DNA of 64,000 nt from positions 16,576,704 through 16,640,703 of the forward strand of contig JAUZTB010000017.1 in assembly GCA_034780895.1 (NCBI GenBank). Direction: 5' to 3'. A model generated the notes under the pieces. It was not told the DNA's origin. It did no database searches and worked only from the letters and a program-made list of their open reading frames with translations. This DNA is from Rhynchobatus australiae. Lineage: Eukaryota. Positions 1 to 12,370 of this stretch are shown piece after piece (within the stretch, counting starts at the first letter, position 1; each line of letters begins with the position of its first letter). A program made the translations under genes and the position numbers.

Positions 1-124
1 CTTCTGTTGTACAAAGCTGTGATAATTACTCAGGTGAGGCAACTATTGTATCTCAATAAGGTTACTTTTTAAAAAAAATAAATGAAATAGTAGCTCTGCA
101 TGATGAAATTCCACATTTACTTAC

Positions 125-422
125 TATAATGGACTCATGCACAGATTATCAGTACACCTTGTGCACTTAGAACTGCAATGTCTCCATGTTCACCCAGAAG
201 TGGGTGAATTTTCTACATTATATTTAAACATATATAAACAGATCTTTTATGCATCGTGTGGTTAGTAGTTCCAGCAAGTTTTCAAGTCTCTTCTGTCCTA
301 GGTTTCACTGCACCAATCTCCGACACAAGGTCACAGGCCCATCGCAACCACTGTTTGGGGAGGGCCAGGAAGGGGGGAAGAATGAAGGTGAACAGTGCTT
401 GCAAGGAGACAGACCAATGCTG
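125..422 (-). other. Candidate additional alternative exon downstream of exon 15
   Basis: About 55 nt pyrimidine tract (480-426), tandem TAG-CAG acceptor, GC-richer body, possible donor ATA|GTAAGT at 125/124. Confidence 0.45.
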
Positions 423-591
423 CTAATAAAAGGCAACAGGTAAAATAAAAAGAAAGGGAAATAAAAAGGAAAAACAAATCTGCAAAAAGCTATAGAATAT
501 TAGCACATTAGAGCACAGGAACAGTCACATGAATGCACTACAAATCCAATAAAGGGCATATTTAATTCCGGAAGGCCTAATGGGAGTATAC

Positions 592-664
592 CTGCAAGGT
601 TTGCACCATAAATTCTGTTGGTCTAGCCCGAACAATGCCCGACACTTCTTTGGAGTATTTGCAT
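592..664 (-). CDS. TCF7L2: TCF7L2 alternative exon 15 (73 nt), C-clamp variant, [25 protein letters not shown]
   Basis: CAG acceptor, CAG|GTATAC donor. CRALF motif; same length and phase as exon 14. Confidence 0.97.
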
Positions 665-941
665 CTGTTAGCATGAAGTAAACAAAAACAGCAAATGGAG
701 GATACTGCTCACTGGATGTGACATCTCAGCCAGAGCTAGTGGTTTAGCTGGCCAAGTTGGCATTCTCCCCTCATCACTTTTAAAGAAAGAAATCCAAAAT
801 TCACACTGCCTAGCACCAACAGGCGCAAGGGTTGGTATCAGCGTCCAATCAAAACACTGAAACAGTGAGAGCAAGGAGGAGAAAGTGCCAATTTAAACCA
901 GCTGAAACCAACCATAGCAAACCTGGGAAAACGATACACAC

Positions 942-1014
942 CTGCACGGGCCGCACCAGTTATTCTGTTGATCAAGGCCAAAGCGCGCTCGGCATTTCTT
1001 AGGAGCGCTCAGAT
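942..1014 (-). CDS. TCF7L2: TCF7L2 alternative exon 14 (73 nt), C-clamp, DLSAPKKCRARFGLDQQNNWCGPCR
   Basis: Long pyrimidine tract plus CAG, CAG|GTGTGT donor. CRARF and WCxxCR motifs. Confidence 0.97.
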
Positions 1015-1782
1015 CTGAACAAATTGGAAGAAAGCGAGCAGAGGAGACAGAAAAGGAAGAAGGAGAGACAAGAAAACAAAAAGGAATAAATCAATTTATC
1101 TGTTACCAGTGATCAGTAATGCCCTCTAATTTCAAAAAAAATGTATTAAAATCACAGCTGTATTTTTGCACCCATTTAAAAAGCACCAATATTGTGTGGC
1201 AATACAAATTTGTATTATTTTATAGTAGAATTTAATTAGAATTCACAAAAGGAAGTGGGCTGAATAAGGAACCTGCAGGTTAGCACCAGTGGAGGATGTT
1301 AGGCTTGAATTAGGCTAAAAGGTTAAAGTGCTTTGCAGAAGAAGCTGGATAGCAGGGTCAATTTTACATGCATACCTTCCGAGGGCAAATGTAAAGTAGG
1401 ATAATGGGATTAGTCAGGCAGGCAAGGCTAATTATGAGGATGCATCAGAAAACAGGTACAGCCCAAATTAATATCAAAACAAGACAATAAGTACAAACTA
1501 CAATAAGCTTTAAAACATTTTAAGTTACTGTAGCTAATGCGATTTTTTTTTAAATGTGTTCCATAAAAACAAGCATTAAAATGTCTAAGATGCATGCACT
1601 GATTACTTTATCGGTCTTGGAAAGGCAAAACCAGCCATAAAATTAAACTATACACATACCATCATAATTAACAATGTTATAAAACATGGTTAGCAGCAGC
1701 TAGGGTTTCATGTGATTAAATGTCGTTATTCTGATATGTGAAGGGTGCCTTCTATTATGGAAGATAATTGCTGCCTACTTAC

Positions 1783-1831
1783 CATTGGTCTCCCCTGCCT
1801 GCTTTTCCCTTTTCCTCTTCTTCCTCTTGCC
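1783..1831 (-). CDS. TCF7L2: TCF7L2 exon 12 (49 nt), basic tail/NLS, GKRKKRKREKQAGETN
   Basis: TAG acceptor after a pyrimidine tract, G|GTAAGT donor. Matches the TCF basic tail. Confidence 0.96.
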
Positions 1832-2175
1832 CTATTAGGGAGAGAAAGCAAATGGGGAGGGGAAGAAACACAAGCTCAGTTTGTCCATTAGATTCACAAA
1901 ACCATGCCAACCAGCCTCAAAACACTACAAAAGAATAAAAATGCTCAGTTCAATCAGCATTGAGAAGCAGAAACAATATGAAGGACAGCTCTGTGGCATG
2001 CACAAGGTCCTCAAGACGGCAGAATGCCGTCAGCTTCACTCCAGTCATTATTTGTAACATTAAACTGACATGTATGAAGTATACGCCACTGGGCCTGTAG
2101 AGAGGGGATAAAAAAAGGAACAGGAGAGGGAGAGAAAGAGAGAGAGTAGTGAACATGCTCGAGAATGGAACTTAC

Positions 2176-2283
2176 GTAGTTATCTCGTGCTGACCAGCCT
2201 GGGTAGAGTTGCATGTGAAGCTGCCGTTCCTTTCTGGCTAACTCATAGTACTTTGCTTGCTCTTCTCTAGACAAAGCGTGCCA
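2176..2283 (-). CDS. TCF7L2: TCF7L2 exon 11 (108 nt), C-terminal half of the HMG box, [36 protein letters not shown]
   Basis: ORF 2011..2274. CAG acceptor, TAC|GTAAGT donor. Confidence 0.98.
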
Positions 2284-2968
2284 CTGCGAACAAACAGGGC
2301 CAGATGTGGTGGGATGAGGGAGAAACAGAACACATTAATTATATAAATACTAGTATGAATTGATCCTTGAGCAAGAGTATGAATCTGTAAAGCATCAGGG
2401 CTGCATTCCACAATATAACAGAAAACAACAAGATTAACCTATCTATATGCATCAATATATTTAGTAATAAGGACCATAAACCAGAATTTATAGTAAAACA
2501 AACAATAGAGAATCATTTGCTCTTCACTTATGTTTGGGGCAGGGCAAGGCAAGGCAAATAATTTAACTTAAAAAAAAACTAGTTTGAAAACCAGGAAATA
2601 AATTAACTCTTATTCTGAAACAATTCAGAACTATGGAGAGACATTTGCTTGTTTCACACACAAGGAAGAGTTCTTAAAAAGAGATGTTTAACAAGCAGGG
2701 CATCACAGCTAGACGGATGTTTACAGTGTCTTAATGATGCTCTTCCATTCTATTTTAAATGCAGTCATTAAACTGTTCATTGTTAATATACCAGATTAAC
2801 ACTATGTTGTATCCTTCAATATTATCAGAACAATTGCATCCAACCTTTACAAACATGCTGTATGAAAAATAGTTATCACTTATGTAAAACTCTATGCTGA
2901 TTGCCTTGATCAGTCAGATTCTCTCTCCAACCCATTCTTGTATACTTTTGTTGGTTTAAGATGCTTAC

Positions 2969-3131
2969 CCTTCGGCCAAGGATCTGATTGATTGCCGCAC
3001 TCTCTTTCAGCGTACACTCTGCTACCACTTTTGCTCTCATTTCCTTCATGTACAACATGAATGCGTTCAGAGGCTTCTTTATGTGTGGCTTTTTCTTTTC
3101 CTCTTCTTTTTTGGCATCCTGATGATGTTTT
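2969..3131 (-). CDS. TCF7L2: TCF7L2 exon 10 (163 nt), N-terminal half of the HMG box, [54 protein letters not shown]
   Basis: ORF 2876..3058 carries the TCF/LEF HMG signature. CAG acceptor, AGG|GTAAGC donor. Confidence 0.98.
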
Positions 3132-3419
3132 CTGAGGGAATGTGTACAATTACAACTACATCAATGAAACTGAAGTGGTCATTTCCCTTCCAAAAACACT
3201 ACACTTTAAGTAATTCATTATTAAAATCAACAGAAAACTCTATCATATAAAATGGGAGCGGTGTACATTTTACAATCTACATTACAGATGTGCATTCTTT
3301 TTAAACTCTGAAAGTTTTTTTTTATATACATGTCAAACAGACCTTCAACAACATTTTAAGTTGCAACTTAGCTGCTCATTAAAATAAAATGTGTTTTTCA
3401 CACAAATGATGAAACTTAC

Positions 3420-3560
3420 GAGTTATTGAGAGATCCGATGTCACTCTGGGAAGACTCTTGTTTGACAGTTGGTGTGACTATGGCCGGATGGGGAATTCCC
3501 GTTGTGTGTAAACTGTGATGTGGTGGAACCATGTGTGGGGGGAACCTACCAGAGAGAAAA
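3420..3560 (-). CDS. TCF7L2: TCF7L2 exon 9 (141 nt; 126 nt from the alternative acceptor starting at 3545), [SFLSG][43 protein letters not shown]
   Basis: Lies in ORF 3416..3610. Two acceptors (CAG, TAG) 15 nt apart; donor TC|GTAAGT. Confidence 0.97.
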
Positions 3561-6500
3561 CTGTGTAAATCAACAGAACAGAAATGAATGAACGAAAGGG
3601 ATGGGCACACATTTGATATATAAACAAGAACATATGCAATTATAAGCTTTCACAATCACTATGTAGCTACTGACATTAAAATGACTTTTCATTGCACAAC
3701 TGGCAGTCTTTAGTGTATGACAGCCAAAGGATTTTATAAAACTACAATATTCATGCTGTACAATACTATATATAGCTACCAAAATCATCAGATATGAACT
3801 CTATAGAGCAACTTTAGTCTGGCTTTTTAAATTATTTTTGCACGCAGCCAACAAACATTTTATCTGTCCCATTTTACATTTAGTCAAATAAGAATTCCTA
3901 TCTTCATTCATTCTGAATTCGTGCTACATCAACTTCTTCCCCACCCATCATGAATTAAACCAGCATAATGATTTTCTGTTACTATAATAATGATATATTC
4001 ACTGCTTCATTCTAAAACAGTAAATTGATTTTGGAGTGAACACATTTGTCCAATTGCACATCATGCAAAATATTATGGTGTTAGCTGACGGGCACAGACT
4101 TCTTATTCCTAGAGTGAAATATTATCAGAGTGAGCAGCAAAAATACCATTTACTGATAGCATGCAAACATAAGACAGTACACAGGTGAAGCATTTTATAG
4201 GACACTAGAGCTTTCAAAACCTCAAGAGTATTATTCTTCATGTGATGAAGTGGTTACATTCATTTCATNNNNNNNNNNNNNNNNNNNNNNNNNNNNNNNN
4301 NNNNNNNNNNNNNNNNNNNNNNNNNNNNNNNNNNNNNNNNNNNNNNNNNNNNNNNNNNNNNNNNNNNNNNNNNNNNNNNNNNNNNNNNNNNNNNNNNNNN
4401 NNNNNNNNNNNNNNNNNNNNNNNNNNNNNNNNNNNNNNNNNNNNNNNNNNNNNNNNNNNNNNNAACCATATAATTCTGAAGGAATATATAAATAAAATTT
4501 TCCATTGTAAAAACTGAAAATTCTAAACAGTTAATTATGAAAAAAATCCTGACTGCTTTTATGGCTTCAAGCCAGAATATAATGATGTGCATAAACTTGC
4601 AGGCCATGTTATGAACAAACTCATTTTTGTTCCATGGTGTCTCTGGGGCTTCTATCACGTTCACTCTCACTTTATTTCACTGTTGACATGTTTCTGTTAA
4701 CTGCATGTCATCTGCCTGACTTCGTTTTATGTGCGAGCTGTGGGATGCTTTTTCTCCCCCTTGCAAAAAAACAGCCTCTTTGAGTTGCAGCTAGTTTGTC
4801 ATTATTCCCCCTCCTCTCCCTGTGCAGTTGTTATCTCTCATCTTTTCCAAGCTCAATTTTCCCGAGCTTTCTGAACCACCGCAAACCCACATTATGGTTT
4901 ATACATGATGCTGATCCCTTTGAAGGCGGCACATTTCAGAGCGGGCCCTAGTCAGGAGAAGCACCTTCAGCCAATTTATGAGGCTGAGGGGGCCCGAAGC
5001 TCTAACATCTCAATCTAACAAGGTCACAGGGTGGCACAAGTGAGTGTCAGCTATTGCTGTTTAATTGCCAGTCTATGCCTCTCTGCTGTGTTTAAAGTAT
5101 AATGACCCATCACTTAATTCCAAGAAATCACTGCCCTGCTGCTGGATGGAATAAATATCAAAAGGTGTGCTCTGGCAGGGCATGGAGTCTACATTTCCTA
5201 TGGATGTCATACGAATAATACAGACGTGTTTTTCCATCACCCGACTACCGCACAAATGCCTTTTGTTCTTTTTCTCTCCCTTATATCGGAATAACTAAAT
5301 GCATGGCCCTATAGGAAAAACTGCTAAGTTGTTATAACGATTGCCTTCACAAGTGTGAGGATTGTGTTCTTTCACTGATAACCTGACCCCTATTTGTGGG
5401 GGAGGGGTGTNNNNNNNNNNNNNNNNNAAGAGAAGAAAAAACAGAAGAGATCCAACCCAAAGTCAGCCACATAAAACAAAAAAAACTAGCCCTATGCCTT
5501 TCTTTTTTTTATATGATGTTTACCTTTTGCTCTCACAGCTGGTGCCTCACCTGTCAGGTACACAAATGTAACAATGGACATTGAGCATTTCTCACACATT
5601 CTTTTTTATTCTGCTATTCCACAATAAACATTTATTATTCTGCTGAACAACCAGATTTTTTTTTGTTTAAAATGCCTTAATTTGTCCTGCCCCTATCAAA
5701 AGCTGTGCTTTCACAAATAGATCTACTTGGTCTCCAGAGATGGCAAGCCTTGCTAATAATCTATGCTAATTTAATTAACAACTATCATCAAAATGCATTA
5801 GCTGTTTCAGCCCATCAGGAAAGTCTAACCCTCCACCAATTAAATTAGCTGAACTCTAAATCAGATAAACAGAAAATAAACCCATCATTAGGAGCAATTA
5901 GCAATTGCTTAAATACAGTGCCATAGAGTAGTTTGTAAATATACTTGTAGCCACTGGGAAATTAGCTGGTACCATATTAATTGGGGCTGTGCTGTACAGT
6001 CAGAGCCCCTATCAAAACAGTAGCTTTCAGAGTGCTGAACATCAGCCTCCAACAGCTTTGATGTGTCATCATTTACCGCTTTCTTTTATTAGTTTTGTAT
6101 GTTTGCGTTTATTGTATGTGCATGGACATTAATATTGTACAGAGTGGTGAGATCTGGTGTGGAACTGCTGATGTGCTGTAAACTTCAATATATGGAGATT
6201 TTATCTAGCATGGCAGCTACTTCAGCTAGTTAAAATTAGGCACAGATTTACAATGCCTCATTACTTTTTTTATTTCACTTTCGGTATTGCTAAATACCCA
6301 TTTAAATTTTACAGCTGGCACAATTAATCTTGTTAAAATTATTGCATTTTTCCATTATGATGGCCTCATTATTGCTACAATAATATAGTTTACCAATTCC
6401 ATAATTATATCGAAGCTTGCAGGCATAATTTGTTGTCGGTATTTGGGCTTCATATTCCAGGACTGAATGTTCTCAGCTGCAGAGTTTAATGATGCAAGCC

Positions 6501-9159
6501 TAGAAGTTGTGTGTTGTTTCTGTTTAAGATCTAAAGAGCAGCTAGTGTAAAAGATAACCAAAAGGAGTAAAGGAAATGACTGCAATAGGGGTAGATTCAA
6601 TGCAAGTCCAAATGAATGTCATGGTGGCTCAGCATAAAGGGAATTCCTGGAGACGCCTTCTGTTGCGGTCATTAATGTCAAAGGACCAAAGTACCTTGGA
6701 TTTACTACTCTTTGAAAATCACATTTTTTTAAAACAGCACAGCCCAATGAGTCCCGCCACCCATTTAAACCCACGTTAACCTAGCCATACACCTTTGGAA
6801 TGTATATTATTAGTATTATGAAGTATTATATTATGAAAAAACAGCAAGTGGAGGTTTACCACTCGCTCTTATGGACAACATGCACATTTAGCACTGAGCT
6901 AGGTATGGTATGGGTAGGATTATTTCGACTACTGGCTCCCTCTATTAAATCTGCATACTTGCAAATTGGGCAGCCTAATTAATATAACTTGGTCTTAGGC
7001 CCAAAACTAAAAAAAATGCAGCCAGTGAGCTGGTTGAGGTGGCATTCTATACACAATTTACAGAAGACTGCTGGTTTTGTTGCAACAAAGCTTTAACCTA
7101 TAGTTGATGAGCCAGCCAATTGATACACAGATTGCGTGAAGAATTTGACTAGAATAAGCATGTGCTTGTGTATCATGTTGACAATCCACATTTAAGAGCA
7201 TGCTTTGAATAATTCTGTCTGTTCCACTTGCTACCTCCTTGGGTAGCTCCATGTGTACAGGAACACAATGCATAAGGTCAGGACAAGTGAGCTACTAATC
7301 AGCTACACAGCACAGACTAATGGAGGACATGAAAAGATGGCCAAATGGATAGTTCAGAACCTATTTCAATTCTAATCTTTCAATAACTGAATTGACAGTT
7401 AGAATGTGTTGGTACAGCCATAACCAAGGACATACAATAGCTTTTAACAGCCTGCTTCCATTATGGAACAGCTTCCAAAGGAAGTGGTCTTATTTTGATT
7501 AGGTTGCAAACAGCTGTGAAGTCACATGATAGCTTGCTTCCAGAACAACGACAAACTACAAACATTCAAAACTCTGTACAGTTCAAAAGTTGCAAGTGAT
7601 TTGCCTGCATACAATATTGTTGGTCTGTAACACTGTACCTCAATGTGAAAGCCACCTTAGGAGGCAGGCATAACACACCTTTAAAAGGGGATGTACCATA
7701 TCCAAAATAAAGCACACGTGCTTCCTTATTTATACTGCCCTGTGCCTTAATACTAGCTATTAAAAGCACTTTCACAGTAGTAAAAGGGCAGGTAGTTAGT
7801 CAAACCAAACAAGCAATTAAGAACAGACTCACACCAAAAAGAATGATGTGATCAGGTCATTGTGAAAACTGACACTGTAGCTGGCAGTAACTTTACAGTT
7901 ATTCTACAATTAATTCATCAACTCTAGGAACAAAGCAATAGTGCAACCTTCTGTTTCTGGTCCTGTTGAGTCCTGAAACTTGCCACCACATATTAGAAAC
8001 AACAAATAAACTTGTATTAAATTTTAAACATTCAAAGTTAAAATGTAACTAGGTATTTTAAATAAAGTATTTACTACATAACAAGCATATTAAATTGGAC
8101 AATAGGAATTCTGCAGCATTGCACAGTAATGTTTCATGAGGAAGAACAATTTATTGTAGCTGAATGTTGATAATTTGCATGTGCTCTACTTGGGCCTGCA
8201 CTTTCTCTTGATATCCCTAAATTTCACTCCAACAGTGTTTCAAATATTCAGGTTAAAGGAACAGCTGTAATATGGTATATTATTTGGAAGTCAAGGCACC
8301 ATGAAATATCTGGAATCATGGTAGCTTCAGCCAGATCTCTTGATATTTGTGTTTTGCTGCAGTTACAAAATAAGCAATTCAGCTTTAAGTGTGTGGTTAA
8401 ATGTACAGGACACATTGAGCAATAAATCAAACTTCCCTTGTTCCAACATGGTACTACCAACGCATGCCATTAAACACATTCCTCAGGAATGTGACAATCT
8501 GTTTACTGAGATTTAAAAACAGAGGGAAAATGAAAGGCCAGTGTATTTGGTAGATGAAAAAAACGAGGAAATTACCCTCCCTCTGGCAGTGAAGTGGACA
8601 CCATACGAACAGAAATATGCAACTCCACTGCTCAATTCAATTATTGACACCTCAGCATTAGTGGTATTTTTCAATACCCTAATCCAACAGTTGATAATCT
8701 GGGTTGAAATGAATGTACATGTGGGGTAGAAAGTGTTTTGTGATTAATTCTTAGATGGCACAATTCCAACTGTAAAGTTGTACTTGTTCTGTATTTCCAC
8801 ACAAAATATCTGGCTCTGTCTACACTTGAATTTGTTTATGTATTTAAAATTTCAATTAGATCACTCTTTCACGTTCCAAATGAAAGGAAATAAATGCTGC
8901 AGCAAAACAGCCAGATGTCCTAATTTAATCTTTAATTCTGAATCTGCTGCAGCCTGTTCATGGTCTTTTCCTCAATATTGAACACAATGTGCCCGGTGCA
9001 ATTCATAAACCTAAAGCCTCAAATATTACATGCAGCCCCCTTGAAGTGAGAGCCAACAAGCTTTTCAATTTATGTACCTGTTCACCAGTTTTTAATAATT
9101 TCTTTACAGTAACCCCTGCATTTTCATACTTCTCCCTAATTCTTAAATTCTTTCTTTGG

Positions 9160-9660
9160 TCTTTATTCCTTCATAATGAAGACCAACATGCCTTTTGCCT
9201 TCTTAACTACTTGTTGGATTTGCCTGCTAGCTTTTTGTGATTCATGCACATTAACACCTAGATGCTCCTGCACTTCACTCATTTGCAGTCTCTCTCCATT
9301 TATATAATAATCCACCTTTTGTTTCCTCTCATCCAAGTGGATCTCACACTGCCCCAACATTAAACTCCATTTGCCAGGTTTTTGCTGAATTACTCAATAT
9401 CCTGTTGCAGAATCACAACGTCCTCATCACTACATGCCATTCCACTTATTTTCGTATCATCAGCAAATTTGGAAACCTTACATTTTGTTCCCGTCTACAG
9501 GTCATTAATATAAACAATAAAGAATTGAAGCTAACAACCAATCCCTGGAGTACTCCACTAGTTGCATCCCTCCAGCCTGAGAAGGACCCATCTATTCCAA
9601 CTCATTTTTGATGTGACAGCAAGTTTTGAATCCATGCTGATATACTTCATCCAATCCAAA
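9160..9660 (-). mobile_element. CR1-type LINE RT fragment
   Basis: ORF 9163..9360: YYINGERLQ.SEVQ..LGV.VHESQKAS.Q.QQVVKKA.GML.FI. Adjacent TCCAAATTTGCTGATGATACG encodes SKFADDT. Confidence 0.85.
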
Positions 9661-10059
9661 AGTAGAATACAGTTAACTGCAAACTAACAAACAAGTGTCT
9701 GATTTAAAAATCTCAAGTGAAACCCGAATTGGCTTCTGAGCAAATGAACGAAAGATGAGTTTCAGTTCCAAAAAAAATTTCAGTTCTTGGTGTGACAAGA
9801 ACCCATCCATCTTCCACATGCTATGCTTTGAGTTCTATTACGAAAATAAATTACAGATAATGATTGCAGTTCCTTTCTGCAAAATCTTTCTCCATACATG
9901 AGAATATTCAAGTTTGTTTACACAGAAATCAATTAGCAAACTATTAACAATAACTACATTCATCCTCTAAAGTTGTAGATATTTACTCCAGACACATAGC
10001 ATCAATATTTTAAACCTCCAAGAGAAAAAGCTTACTATCCTAAGATTTTCTATAACTTT

Positions 10060-10350
10060 ATTAAAATAGGCATTACACCAATAGAATAAAAATTGGTCAT
10101 TTAGAAGTGTAATGAACAAAACCTTCTTGTTACAATGGTTTGGAAATCTTTGGAATACTCTGCACTAATGCAACATGGATTTTCACTAATCAATTATGAT
10201 CAAGACTGAAATCAAATTTTTTTATTGGATATTACAATAATCAAGGAATTATGAGTAAATTAGAAAAATTGGAACTTAGGTAGATCAGGCATAAACTCTT
10301 GGAATAATGGAACAGGCTCAAAGGGGTTAATTGTCATTCCTGTTCTATTT
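10060..10350 (+). mobile_element. Degraded CR1 3' end
   Basis: AATCTTTGGAATACTCT..TCAAGACTGAAAT..GGAACAGGCTCAAAGGGGTTAA..TTCCTGTTCTA. Confidence 0.55.
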
Positions 10351-12283
10351 TCTTGTTCAAATATTCCTGAATTTATTATTCATACTTTACTTTTGAACAT
10401 GGCACAAAGTTATGGAGTCAAACTTACAATAGTTCATCTTTTGTATGTTGATTGCTGTCTTTGGCTGCAAGAATTAAAGCTTGTATTAATTTCATTNNNN
10501 NNNNNNNNNNNNNNNNNNNNNNNNNNNNNNNNNNNNNNNNNNNNNNNNNNNNNNNNNNNNNNNNNNNNNNNNNNNNNNNNNNNNNNNNNNNNNNNNAATA
10601 GACATGAGTGTTGCAGGCAAGTAATTCACCATTAAGAATTTGGAAAATATTGTGATTATGAAAAGTAGGTGGGATGTATATGATTTAGTTCACTATTTCA
10701 GATGTCCCATTTTAGAGATCAGCCTGGCTGTTTATATTGTGGATGCTGCATTTTTCCACATTACATTGCATTGTGTGGCCAAAGAAGGGATAGGTAACAC
10801 TAACAATGGACCAGCAAGCAATGCTATGGGTTGGCTCTTTCAGAAAAGCATACTTTAGTTTTAAAATTAAAGAATATTTCAGCAACTGATGTCAATGAAT
10901 CTCATTGGTTATCAGCTGGCTTTCTAACAAACAGCTTCCACTAGAGTAACAGAAGTTGATACTCTGTCTGAAGCCAATGAAAGTACAGAAATGTAGCCAA
11001 TAACTTTCTTTCCCCCAGCTACAGCTAAGCAACTAAATATTGGGAAGCAAAACAACTCAACATTTTAAGAATTAAGTTAATTTTTCTTTTTATATTGATC
11101 CCGAGTCAGTGCCTCAAATTCAAAAGCTGAAAGTAATGTGTATAGACAAAATTAAGTCAACAGGGCTACTGCTTATCAAAAAGCAGGAACCAGATTTCAA
11201 GCTGAGACAAAGAGTTTAAGCCCTATCCATTGCTGCACTTCAGACTCCTGTGTCCCTGAAAGGATAACTTTAGGTCACACCGCCCAATCTGTACATGGGA
11301 AGGTACAAGATGTTGCAGAAGGTAATTGTGGAGAGTAATGATTAACTTGAATTTTGCAATGTGTCAGATAAAGAGCTACCAAGATCCAAAAGAAAATAAG
11401 CAATTGAGAGATCTAAATGTTTATTGAGTGGAACTAATCACAATGAATCCCATTTCACATCCCCTCCCCTTGCCCGAGTGCCCAAAGGCCACAAAGGCGC
11501 TTGTTTTCACCACCAGTCTAATGAAGTGTTGGCCGATAGCTGCTGTAAATCGTTGCCTACTTTTGAATATCAATGTCTATGACACGAATGCACACTAAGT
11601 GCCTTATGATGCTGCCTATTGGCTCAATGGAAAGAGCTACACGCCTCCAAGTAAAAGAGCAGACATCTGATTACTACTTTTTCAGTAATTCCACGTTAAA
11701 GTGGCCTTTAACCTGTGATGCAAGAATGAAGATTATTGCTCTCTGAGCTGACTTAGTGTGGCTCAAGTAGCGATAAGTGACTCTGCCCACTGGGTATAAT
11801 AAATATTAACTGCATTTTGCTGTCTGCAAGTGCTAAAACATTGTCCCTTGGGCTCCAACATTGATGTAAAGTGTGTAATAATTGCGGCATGCTCTTGACA
11901 CTTCCGTGTTCCCTTGGGGACAATATTTTACCACTTACAGTCTTGAAAAGCAGTCAATATTTGTGTACATTATGAATGAACTCCTCTCACAATAATACTG
12001 CAGCAAAGGCTCCATTCCAATTGCATTACTTGCAGATTCATTCATGGCATGCTATTTAGTTATGGAATGGCATCCGGCTTACTTGTTTATGACAAAAATC
12101 AATGTAAATGCCACGTGGCAAATGTTTATTCAGAAAAAGGGCACAATGTTAGAAATGGCAATGTGTCCTCACTGAACAAAAGCAAATGGCCATTTGCTGC
12201 AAAACAAAAGAGGCTGTTGAGAAAATGGTTGGAAGGTTATTGGCTTAATAAAAACTGATTGCCACCAAACCAAGTGTACCCAC

Positions 12284-12370
12284 CTTGACATGGAAGCATT
12301 CACTGTGAGTGCAGTGGGGTAAGGGTGTCGAAATCCCCCTGTTGTGATTGGGTAAACAGGTTGACCTTGC
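12284..12370 (-). CDS. TCF7L2: TCF7L2 exon 8 (87 nt), QGQPVYPITTGGFRHPYPTALTVNASMS
   Basis: Polypyrimidine tract plus CAG acceptor, AG|GTGGGT donor. Phases are compatible with exons 7 and 9. Confidence 0.97.

Noticed and set aside
189-208. 8-bp hairpin TTCACCCA-GAAG-TGGGTGAA
   Set aside because: A stem this short is expected by chance in 64 kb and has no other support.
249-443. Plus-strand 64-aa ORF
   Set aside because: Antisense to the candidate minus-strand exon, with no recognisable protein similarity.
1376-1427. 52-nt AG..GTATGC-bounded segment as a possible exon 13
   Set aside because: Not a multiple of 3, TGA in the phase-1 frame, and no similarity to the exon 13 peptide. At most a poison exon, which is unsupported.
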